Shown here piece after piece: positions 29,572 through 37,320 of a stretch of DNA of 64,000 nt. A model generated the notes under the pieces. It made no database searches and was not told the origin of the DNA. It worked only from the letters and a program-made list of their open reading frames with translations. The stretch is from Chloroflexota bacterium (lineage in GTDB: Bacteria > Chloroflexota > UBA6077 > FW602-bin22 > JACPRP01). The DNA lies in assembly GCA_023480885.1 (NCBI GenBank), contig JAMCWX010000066.1, forward strand, positions 37,467 to 101,466, written 5' to 3'. Position 1 is the stretch's first letter, and each line of letters begins with the position of its first letter. The translations under genes and the position numbers were made by a program.

Positions 29572-29673
29572 CTAGCCAGCGGCAGCCCAGGCAATCGCAA
29601 TCGTGTAGTACAATGCGAGCGCCGCTGCTCCGCCGAAGGCAACCAGAAACGCGACGAAGACTTTGCCTGACAA
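29572..29673 (-). CDS. candidate 33-aa single-TM micro-protein (below the ORF-track cutoff)
   Basis: The TTG start lies about 7 nt after AAGGGGTG. The product is MSGKVFVAFLVAFGGAAALALYYTIAIAWAAAG. It ends 42 nt before the Fe-S subunit gene and lies downstream of the promoter candidate. Confidence 0.3.
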   Translation of the reverse strand: MSGKVFVAFLVAFGGAAALALYYTIAIAWAAAG

Positions 29674-29704
29674 GATTTCACCCCTTCACTCTGAGTTTTG
29701 GATG

Positions 29705-29733
29705 AGTATAACCCTGTTGTGCCGAAGTGTCTG
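29705..29733 (-). promoter_or_regulatory. activator-type promoter candidate for the molybdoenzyme operon
   Basis: On the minus strand: weak -35 CAGACA (29733-29728), 17 nt, TATACT (29710-29705). The -35 overlaps the first TGTCGGGGA repeat. Confidence 0.4.
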
Positions 29734-29816
29734 TCGGGGAAAGTTGCAGACTTATGAAGATGATTGTCGGGAATAACCGCTATTTGTAGACGATGCTGTC
29801 AGGATTTTCCCGACAG
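29732..29816. promoter_or_regulatory. phased direct repeats TGTC(G/A)GG(G/A)(A/T), candidate response-regulator sites
   Basis: Copies lie at 29732-29740, 29765-29773 and 29797-29805 (32-33 bp apart), plus an inverted copy CCCGACAG at 29809-29816. Confidence 0.4.
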
Positions 29817-29831
29817 GGATGGATTCCCGCC

Positions 29832-30104
29832 TCAGCGGAATGCACCACGGAGACACAGAGACACGGAGAAGATCAGAAGGTTCCCCTCCGTGCCTCCGTG
29901 GTGAACATCGTACCCTTTTCAGGGGAATGCACCACGGAGACACAGAGACACGGAGAAGATCAGAAGGTTCCCCTCCGTGCCTCCGTGGTGAACATCGTAC
30001 CCTTTTCAGGGGAATGCACCACGGAGACACAGAGACACGGAGAAGATCAGAAGGTTCCCCTCCGTGCCTCCGTGGTGAACATCGTACCCTTTTCAGCGGA
30101 ATGA
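29832..30104. repeat. three tandem copies of an 87-bp hairpin-forming unit
   Basis: Unit starts at 29838, 29925 and 30012 (period exactly 87), nearly identical. Each holds CACCACGGAG-ACACAGAGA-CACGGAG...CTCCGTG-C-CTCCGTGGTG. The array is flanked by TCAGCGGAATG on both sides. Confidence 0.95.
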
Positions 30105-30132
30105 CGGCTGGCAGAACGCAGAAACCCTGGGG

Positions 30133-30822
30133 TTACGTGGCTGAGTTGGACGAGTCGATCTCGGGCGAGAGCAGGCCCACTTGCAGGGCATACCTCACAA
30201 GTTGTGCCCTGCTGCGCAAGCCGAGCTTGTTCATGACGCGCGCTTTGTAGGTTTCGACGGTCTTGAGGCTCAAGAACAGCATATCGGCAACCTGCTGACT
30301 CGTGTAGCCTTGCGCCAATAGGCGCAAGACCTCTGTTTCGCGTTCGCTGAGCCGATGAACTTCCCTCTCCACCTTTTCGTCGCCTTGCTTGCTCTCGTTG
30401 CCGATCAGCTCGCTCACCAGGATTCTCGTCAGCGAGGGATCGAGGAATATCTCTCCACGGTTGACAGCCCTGATAGCCGAGAGAAGCTCGGTGTCCGCGG
30501 CTTTTTTCAGTGCGTAACCAGAGGCGCCAGATCTCAGCGCTTCACGCAAGTAGCTTTCGTCGTCGTGCATGCTGAGGATGAGTATCTTCGAAGCAGGACA
30601 AGCTTTTCTGATATGGCGGATAGCCTGCAAGCCGCCAGTTCCAGGCATGGTAACATCCAAAAGGATGATGTCTGGGCGCAATTCACGGGCTTTCACCATC
30701 GCTTCTGAGCCATCGCCGGCTTCGCCGACGACTTCCATATCAGATTCTGCGTTCAATAGAACCCGAAGACCGGCACGCAACACGCCGTGGTCGTCGGCGA
30801 TGAGGATTCGCACCTTGCTCAT
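30133..30822 (-). CDS. NarL/LuxR-family response regulator
   Basis: Receiver domain (ILIADDHGVLR...LLDVTMPG) plus GerE-type HTH (LSERETEVLRLLAQGYTSQQVADMLFLSLKTVETY). Confidence 0.9.
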   Translation of the reverse strand: MSKVRILIADDHGVLRAGLRVLLNAESDMEVVGEAGDGSEAMVKARELRPDIILLDVTMPGTGGLQAIRHIRKACPASKILILSMHDDESYLREALRSGASGYALKKAADTELLSAIRAVNRGEIFLDPSLTRILVSELIGNESKQGDEKVEREVHRLSERETEVLRLLAQGYTSQQVADMLFLSLKTVETYKARVMNKLGLRSRAQLVRYALQVGLLSPEIDSSNSAT

Positions 30823-32324
30823 GCTATCGACCTTTCCAGTTCCAGCGGAGCCTCGACGAAGACCGTGGTGCCTGCGCCAGGCTCAGATTCGATGGTCAAC
30901 CTACCGCCGATCAGCGCCGCTCTTTCCTGCATACCGAACAGTCCCAGCTTCCCCTCCGTGGATCTGGATTCCAGCAAGGCTTTAACGTCGAAGCCTCTGC
31001 CATCGTCTTCGACGATGGCCACAACAGTCGAAGCCCTTCGCTCGAGCGTTACACTCACAGTTCTTGCCTCTGCATATTTCGCAGTGTTGGTAAGCGCTTC
31101 CTGGATGATGCGATACATCGCCAGTTCCGTCTGCGAGGGCAGGCGAACTCCTTCGATCCCTGTCGCCTGGAAATCGACCTCGCAGTCGTGCCTTCGCGCG
31201 TACTCGCGGACGTGCCGATCGAGAGCCGCGACCAAACCGAGGTCGTCGAGCGTGCTTGGCCGAAGCTCCAAAGCCAGGTCATGTACCGCATCGAGCGTTT
31301 TCGACGCCTGGGCTCGCAGTTCCGCGGCCACAGCACCGACTTCCGCTGGATCGCATTGTTCAAGCACCTTGAGCCCTACGATCAAAGAGGTCAGAGACTG
31401 GCTCGTCTCGTCGTGCAACTCGCGGGCGATTCTTTTTCGTTCCTCCTCCTGGGCCGACATAACCTTGACCAGTAGCTGAGAACGCAGCTCCTCTTTTTCG
31501 CTGAGTTCCGCCCAGAGCGCCGAGAGTTCCTCGTTGCGACGGACGAGTTGCTTGTTGAACTCGTCAATATCTCGCTTAGATATTGCCAGCGCAGTCGTCA
31601 TCGAATTGAATGCCTCTCCAAGCTGGCCGACCTCGTCTCTGGCCCAGATGCGGGCTTTGCGCGCCAGGTCCCCTTGGGCCACCGCCCTGCTAGCCTCGAC
31701 CAGTTCACGAACCGGCTTCGTGAGGATTGACGTTAGGAGGAAGGCAGCGATTATGCCCAGTAAAGAAGCGAGGGCAGTGGCGGCGAGAAGGCGTTCCGTG
31801 GCCGACGTGACAGAACGCCTCATTCCAGCATCGGACATCCCAACTCTGACTACACCGGCTCGGCCCTCGAAAACAGGCACCGCGATGTCCCGAATCAGGC
31901 CCTCCTCGGTATCCAGTATTTCCAGCTTGTATCTGTCCTGAGGCGCCGCCGTGTTGGCTGCGATCAAATCCTGCGGTACAGCCTGGCCCAAGGTATTTAC
32001 TAGGACGTTCCCGTTCTGGTCCAGAACGATAACATAGCGCACGTCCTCGTTGTTCTCTACAGTATCGCGCAGCAGCTCGTACAGAGCATAGGAATTGTTT
32101 GTGAGAATAAGGTCGGTGGCGCGAGCCGACACGTCTCTGGCTATCGATATCCCTCGTTTCTCTAACTGCCTGCTGAGGGTATCGACCATGTTTTCCCTCA
32201 CCTCCCACGTCATACCAACGCCGAGGAGCAGAATTGTGCCCAGCACGATACCCATGATCTTCGTTCGAACGGACACGCTATCGGTTTCGGCCAAGAAAAG
32301 CTGCCAAATGTTACTTAGCCTCAC
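30819..32324 (-). CDS. membrane sensor histidine kinase (HAMP, HisKA_3, HATPase)
   Basis: Two TM segments flank an extracytoplasmic region of about 150 aa. It has a HAMP domain, the NarX-type H-box ARELHDETSQSL and an ATPase G-boxes. It overlaps the regulator gene by 4 nt. Confidence 0.85.
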   Translation of the reverse strand: MRLSNIWQLFLAETDSVSVRTKIMGIVLGTILLLGVGMTWEVRENMVDTLSRQLEKRGISIARDVSARATDLILTNNSYALYELLRDTVENNEDVRYVIVLDQNGNVLVNTLGQAVPQDLIAANTAAPQDRYKLEILDTEEGLIRDIAVPVFEGRAGVVRVGMSDAGMRRSVTSATERLLAATALASLLGIIAAFLLTSILTKPVRELVEASRAVAQGDLARKARIWARDEVGQLGEAFNSMTTALAISKRDIDEFNKQLVRRNEELSALWAELSEKEELRSQLLVKVMSAQEEERKRIARELHDETSQSLTSLIVGLKVLEQCDPAEVGAVAAELRAQASKTLDAVHDLALELRPSTLDDLGLVAALDRHVREYARRHDCEVDFQATGIEGVRLPSQTELAMYRIIQEALTNTAKYAEARTVSVTLERRASTVVAIVEDDGRGFDVKALLESRSTEGKLGLFGMQERAALIGGRLTIESEPGAGTTVFVEAPLELERSIA

Positions 32325-33243
32325 TCTGCAACCTCACCTTCGCGTCCATCTGGCGAATCGGATCGTAGGCTCGATCGTCGGGAATGACGAACCGATCGAT
32401 CATTAGGTCATGCAATATAGCTTTTCCGGCGTCGTCCTCGTTCATCCTGAGCAGGATATCTCTCAGCTCCTGTTTGAAGTCCGCGTTGATCGCCGGATGG
32501 ACGACAACTGGCGGACTGCCGTAAGGAGGGGACTTCCACACGATCCGCGTCTTGCCGCTATACTCCGGACTCTTGGCGATGGTATAGTCATAGACAAGAC
32601 TATCTACCGCCGCCGCGTCCACCAGTTTTTCCGCCACGGCTTTGATCGAGTTGTCGTGGCTATAGGTGAAGACGTACTTGCTGAAGAACGAATCAGGCGT
32701 TTCCCCCATCTGGAAAAGCAGGTAGGTGGGAGCAAGGCGACCGGAATTGGAGAGCGGATCGGTGAAGGCAAACGTCTTGCCCTTCAAATCCTGCACTTGT
32801 CTAACGGAGCTATCGCGGGGCACGATAATGTAAGAGTAATACAACGCCTCGCCCCGAACTTCAGGCGCCACGAGCATCTCCATACCAAAATCCCTGTTGC
32901 CCTGGACGTACGCTTCGCTGCACACGAAGGCCAAGTCGGCGTTGCCCGAGCGCAACAGCTCGTTGATTTCCGCGTACGTCGACCGTTGCACCAGTTGGAC
33001 TGGGCGATCGAGCTTCTTCCCCAAGTAATCCAGCATCTGATTGTAAGTGCGCAGGGTCTCCTTGGGCGAAATAACCCCGGCTATTGCCACTCGGAGGGCG
33101 GTTTTTCCGGGCCTAAGAGGCTTTGCCGGCAAATCCTGCGTGCCAGTATTTAGGCTCACCTTCTTGTATTGTGCGTTGCCTGCACAGCTTACAAGGAGGC
33201 CAAACAAGAGAAGTAAGACGATCAATTGATACCTTGTCCTCAT
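32311..33243 (-). CDS. PhnD-like (phosphonate-binding-type) periplasmic solute-binding lipoprotein
   Basis: Lipoprotein signal LLFGLLVSCAGN and a type-2 PBP pattern (VAIAGVISPKETLRTYNQMLDYL...). It overlaps the kinase gene by 14 nt. Confidence 0.8.
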   Translation of the reverse strand: MRTRYQLIVLLLLFGLLVSCAGNAQYKKVSLNTGTQDLPAKPLRPGKTALRVAIAGVISPKETLRTYNQMLDYLGKKLDRPVQLVQRSTYAEINELLRSGNADLAFVCSEAYVQGNRDFGMEMLVAPEVRGEALYYSYIIVPRDSSVRQVQDLKGKTFAFTDPLSNSGRLAPTYLLFQMGETPDSFFSKYVFTYSHDNSIKAVAEKLVDAAAVDSLVYDYTIAKSPEYSGKTRIVWKSPPYGSPPVVVHPAINADFKQELRDILLRMNEDDAGKAILHDLMIDRFVIPDDRAYDPIRQMDAKVRLQSEAK

Positions 33244-33628
33244 AGCTCCGTTGCTCAGTTTTATGGCAACACCTCATTTCGGCGTGTCTCTTGAAAGCTT
33301 CGTGGTCACGGGCATATCGTATGGCGAACGCGGCGACCGAGCGTGCTCCTGAAGAACTTAAACGTGCAAAGCTGTTGATGAGTAGTTTAACGCACCTCTC
33401 GAAGTAGCGCAACTCGGTTGCGCTGGAGTAATTGTTCAGAAATGAGGGGATGAGTTATCAATTATGTTCGACGGACTTAGGGAATGCTAGCCGCGAAGAA
33501 CTACTGCGGATAATCGCTCAGCAGCAACATCGAACGAAAGTGCCCTTTGTGCTAGGAACGATTAGTGCTTGATAAGACCATCTTGGATATACTTCAGTAA
33601 ATAATGCATCTTCTCATCTCGATGCATC

Positions 33629-33657
33629 TTGTCACGTATCTTCGAGTATGATACTAT
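33629..33657 (+). promoter_or_regulatory. promoter candidate upstream of the third arsR
   Basis: TTGTCA (33629-33634), 17 nt, TACTAT (33652-33657). The direct repeat ATGCATCTT (33604-33612 and 33622-33630) abuts the -35. Confidence 0.3.
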
Positions 33658-33777
33658 TTGTGCGTCGTACAATATAGGTACCGCGAGCTTACCAGAGATG
33701 GAAACTCAACAGATTACGAATGCAAGGTACGATCCATACAGTGCGCACGAAGTAGTGGAGCAAAGAGGTGAGTGACA

Positions 33778-34227
33778 ATGGTGGAACTCAGCGAATTGGC
33801 GGAGAGGCGAGTGGCGGAAATCGAACCTAGTGAAGGAAAAGTAGAACTTGTCACCGTGCTCAAGGCGGTGGCTGATCACAACAGGTTGGCTATCCTGGGT
33901 CTTCTCAGGAAGGAGGAGCTTTGTGTCTGCGAACTCGTCGAGGTGCTCCAGTTGCCACAGAATCTGGTATCGCATCACTTATCAGTGCTTAAGAAAGCAG
34001 GACTGGTCGCTTCCCGCAGAGATCAGGACGATAGCCGATGGATCTACTATTCGCTGAATCGCGAAGCGCTGGCAGCACACTTTCAAGCATATGAGCTATT
34101 CTTCGACCCCTGTAAGGCTGTGCCAGAACTCGACGGCATCGACCGCGAGGCTATCGCCGCTCGCTGGCAGCAATCTAACACCACACGGATGACACGACGT
34201 GCCACCAAGCGGCAATGTCCTAGGTAG
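33778..34227 (+). CDS. arsR: ArsR-family regulator with a canonical ELCVCE metalloid site and a C-terminal extension
   Basis: LKAVADHNRLAILGLLRKEELCVCELVEVLQLPQNLVSHHLSVLKKAGLV...WIYYSL. ATG 33778 lies 5 nt after AAGAGGTGAG. Confidence 0.8.
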   Translation: MVELSELAERRVAEIEPSEGKVELVTVLKAVADHNRLAILGLLRKEELCVCELVEVLQLPQNLVSHHLSVLKKAGLVASRRDQDDSRWIYYSLNREALAAHFQAYELFFDPCKAVPELDGIDREAIAARWQQSNTTRMTRRATKRQCPR

Positions 34228-34372
34228 CCTTACCTTCAGCTTTCAACTATCTATTCTTCCCAACTCTGAGGAAAAGAGGAGCGCTGTTACGAGCTTGGCC
34301 CGCTGGCAGCGCTCCTGTCGTAAATCCCGCCAGGGACGCGAGTGTCGTGTCACACAGGAATGTTAGCTTCGA

Positions 34373-35677
34373 CTATGGCTCAACAAAGTCTCCCGACATC
34401 TTGAACTTGCCGTTCTGCGCCTGAACAAAACCGAGCGACCGCTGTATTAGGTGTTTGCCCGGAGCCAGTGTCACCTTGTAGGCAAGGCTGCCGTCCCAAT
34501 CTTTGAGGGTTTCCAGGGCTGAGATGAAATTATCCCTGGTCAGGTCCTTGCCAGCACGCTTCAGGCCCTCGACGGTAACCTGTGCACCTGCGTAGCCCCA
34601 CATGTGGATGAGACTGGGCTCTTCCTGTGGGTAGTATTTCTTCATTATTTCTCTAAACTGTTTGATTTGTGGATCGTCGCTATCGGGCAGCTTAAAGATC
34701 GTGGAGATGTAAACGCCATTCGCGGCATCTGGTCCCGCGAGCTTGAAGATCACATCGTCGAGTCCGACGAAGCTGGCAACTGTTGGAACGTTCCAACCAA
34801 GCTTCTTCCTCTCAGTGAGGATTTTGGCAAAGTGCTCCGGGGCGGCAAAGACGACAAGCGCATCGGGATTCGCTTCCTTAACCTTGAGGACCTGGGCGCT
34901 CACATCTACATCCTTAACCTCGTAACCCTGAGTACTAACAACCTGTTGGTTGTTCTTCTGCGCTCCCTCCTGCAAGCCACTCAGATCGTCTTTACCAGAC
35001 TGATCGTTCTGATAGATCATGGCGAGCTTCGTGGCCTTGAAGTTCTGCTGAGCAAACTTCGCCAGAACCTGGCCCTCGCGGACGTAGTTGGGATACAGTG
35101 GGAAGACGTACTTGCTGGTGCTGTTGACGACCTTAGAGGCGCCACTGCCAGGGCCGATCAAAGGCACTTTCTGGTCGACAATATAGTCGACAACTGCCAT
35201 GGTCGGGGCGGTACCTAGCGGATCGGCGATAGCAAACACATGGTCCTGCTCTACGAACTGCTTGACGACAGCCGTGGTCTTGGCTGGCTGGTAGCCGTCG
35301 TCTACCATCTTGAAGTTGATCTTACGGCCGTTGACACCACCGTTCTCGTTGACATACTTGTAATAGGCATCGGCGCCTTTGCCCATTCGGAAGTACGCCG
35401 ACTCATTGCCGGTCATCGGCTGGTAGGAGCCCAGCAAGATCGAATCCGCAGTAACTCCAGGGACTGCCTCTGCCTTCTTCTCCGCCACAGGTTTGTCTGA
35501 TGCAGCCGGCTTCTTCTCGGGCTCTGCAGCCGGCTTTTGCGAGGAAGCAGCTTGTGTAGGTTGGCTGCTAGTCGCGGGCTGTTGGGCACTTTGCGAACTG
35601 CAAGCGCTGACCACAACAGATACGACCAACGCCATGGTTGCCAGGAACGTAAGTGATAGCCTCTTTGCGGGCATCAT
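34373..35677 (-). CDS. branched-chain-amino-acid-type ABC transporter substrate-binding lipoprotein
   Basis: Signal ending VVSACSS, a Pro/Ala/Ser/Gln-rich tether, then a LivK/Leu-Ile-Val-binding family pattern. Tandem ATG starts lie at 35677/35674 after AAGGGAG. Confidence 0.8.
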   Translation of the reverse strand: MMPAKRLSLTFLATMALVVSVVVSACSSQSAQQPATSSQPTQAASSQKPAAEPEKKPAASDKPVAEKKAEAVPGVTADSILLGSYQPMTGNESAYFRMGKGADAYYKYVNENGGVNGRKINFKMVDDGYQPAKTTAVVKQFVEQDHVFAIADPLGTAPTMAVVDYIVDQKVPLIGPGSGASKVVNSTSKYVFPLYPNYVREGQVLAKFAQQNFKATKLAMIYQNDQSGKDDLSGLQEGAQKNNQQVVSTQGYEVKDVDVSAQVLKVKEANPDALVVFAAPEHFAKILTERKKLGWNVPTVASFVGLDDVIFKLAGPDAANGVYISTIFKLPDSDDPQIKQFREIMKKYYPQEEPSLIHMWGYAGAQVTVEGLKRAGKDLTRDNFISALETLKDWDGSLAYKVTLAPGKHLIQRSLGFVQAQNGKFKMSGDFVEP

Positions 35678-35864
35678 CAACTCCCTTTTCCCCCTTATCT
35701 TCGAATAGCCTTTGAGTTCCGAAACATCGCTAGCCAAACCGATTCGGCCTTTTCCAAACACTAATGATGCAATGCAGCGTAGTCTGAGTTTGCTGTTGCT
35801 TCAGCACCTCCTTTCCGGTAAGAAGCGATGCCGATAGCCGCTCACTGGCCCAAGTACGAGCGCC

Positions 35865-36551
35865 TCACCTCGTCACTCTGCTGGAGCTCCTCAGCTGGGC
35901 CTGAAAGCACGATGTTTCCAGTTTGGAGCACGTAGCCCCATAATGAGCGATCGCTAAGGCCAAGAAAGCGTTCTGCTCTACCAAGAGAATAGTGGTTTTC
36001 TCTTCGACATTGATCGTCCGGATTATACTGAAGATTTCTGTGATGACCTTCGGAGCAATGCCGAGAGATGGCTCGTCCAGCAGAAGCAGCTTAGGTCTGG
36101 CCATGAGAGCCCTGCTTATGGCGAGCATCTGCTGCTCCCCTCCGCTGAGCGTTCCGGCTGGCTGCGACCTTCGCTTCCCAAGGATGGGGAAGTAGTCTGT
36201 AACACGATCCAGGTCGCCCTTGATGTTGCTCTTGTCCTTCCGGCCATAAGCTCCCATCTTGAGGTTTTCGAGGACAGAAAGGCCGGCGAATACGTGTCTG
36301 CCTTCTGGGACGTGGGCGACGCCCATGCCGACGATGCGTTCTGCTGGAACGCGGTCGATACGCTTGCCCCATAACTCTATCGTTCCGTTCAGGGGATGAA
36401 CTACCCCAGAGATCGTGCGCAGAACGGTCGTCTTGCCCGCACCGTTGGCACCCAGGAGCGCCACGATCGAACGCTCAGGCACCTCCATAGAGACGCCTTT
36501 CAAGGCTTTGATCTTCCCGTAGGATGTTTCGACATCACTAAGCTTCAGCAA
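35865..36551 (-). CDS. livF: LivF-type ABC ATPase with a 3'-terminal +1 frameshift
   Basis: Walker A GANGAGKT, LSGGEQQ and Walker B LLLLDEP are present. After ...LALAIAHYG the frame loses homology. Removing one G from the G4 run (plus-strand CCCC 35936-35939) restores GYVLQTGNIVLSGPAEELQQSDEVRRSYLGQ, ending at 35842. Confidence 0.8.
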   Translation of the reverse strand: MLKLSDVETSYGKIKALKGVSMEVPERSIVALLGANGAGKTTVLRTISGVVHPLNGTIELWGKRIDRVPAERIVGMGVAHVPEGRHVFAGLSVLENLKMGAYGRKDKSNIKGDLDRVTDYFPILGKRRSQPAGTLSGGEQQMLAISRALMARPKLLLLDEPSLGIAPKVITEIFSIIRTINVEEKTTILLVEQNAFLALAIAHYGATCSKLETSCFQAQLRSSSRVTR

Positions 36552-37314
36552 GGGCGTTCTTCTCCCCTAAATAGGCTTCTATGACTGCCGGATTGGACTG
36601 AATTTCCGCAGGCGCCCCGTGAGCGATGTTTCTCCCAAAGTCCAGCACGTAGATGCGCTCACAGATGTTCATCACTAGAGTCATATCGTGTTCGACGAGC
36701 AGCATCGTGATCCCAAACTCATTGCGGATTTGGCGAATCAGCCCGGCTAGTTCCTTCGTTTCTTGATTGTTCCTTCCAGCTGCCGGCTCGTCGAGAAGTA
36801 TCAGCTTGGGATCGGACACCAACGCTCGTCCGAGCTCGATGATCTTCTGATATCCGAAAGGCAGATTCGAGACCACCTGGTCGAGCACACGGCTCAATCC
36901 GAGAATCTCGGCCACCCGGCAAGCCTTCACATATGCTTCCCTCTCAAAACGCCGAGCACTGGGGAAGGAGAGCATATTGGTCCACACGCTTCCAGTTCGG
37001 CAATGAAGGCCCACCATCATGTTCTGTAAGGTGGTCATTGTCTTGAACAGTTCGACGTTTTGGAAGGTGCGTGCGATGCCCAGCCCGATGATGTCGTGAG
37101 GCCTGCGCTGAAGAAGCTGATGCCCCTCGAAAACTAAGCTACCCTCGTCTGGGTGATAATATCTGCTGATACAATTGAAAAGGGTGGTCTTGCCTGCGCC
37201 ATTAGGGCCGATCAAGCCGACGATTTCTCCCTGATTGACCTCAAGGCTCACCCTGTCAAGAGCTAGCAGTCCGCCAAAACGTACAGTAACATCACGAGCT
37301 TGCAGTTGCGGCAT
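36538..37314 (-). CDS. livG: LivG-type ABC ATPase
   Basis: GPNGAGKTT, LPFGYQKIIELGRAL and LILLDEPAAG motifs. Confidence 0.85.
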   Translation of the reverse strand: MPQLQARDVTVRFGGLLALDRVSLEVNQGEIVGLIGPNGAGKTTLFNCISRYYHPDEGSLVFEGHQLLQRRPHDIIGLGIARTFQNVELFKTMTTLQNMMVGLHCRTGSVWTNMLSFPSARRFEREAYVKACRVAEILGLSRVLDQVVSNLPFGYQKIIELGRALVSDPKLILLDEPAAGRNNQETKELAGLIRQIRNEFGITMLLVEHDMTLVMNICERIYVLDFGRNIAHGAPAEIQSNPAVIEAYLGEKNALAEA

Positions 37315-37320
37315 GGCTAA

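Noticed and set aside
29832-30104. Possible CRISPR array.
   Set aside because: The units are contiguous with no unique spacers. The period is 87 bp, each unit is itself a long hairpin, and there are no cas genes in the window.
29752-30250. Three track ORFs (29752-30030 minus, 29793-30104 plus, 29819-30250 plus) encoding repeated peptides such as MHHGDTETRRRSEGSPPCLRGEHRTLF.
   Set aside because: They are read-through translations of the 87-bp tandem hairpin repeat. 87 is divisible by 3, so every frame repeats. They overlap each other on both strands, have no SD, and one runs into the response-regulator gene on the opposite strand.
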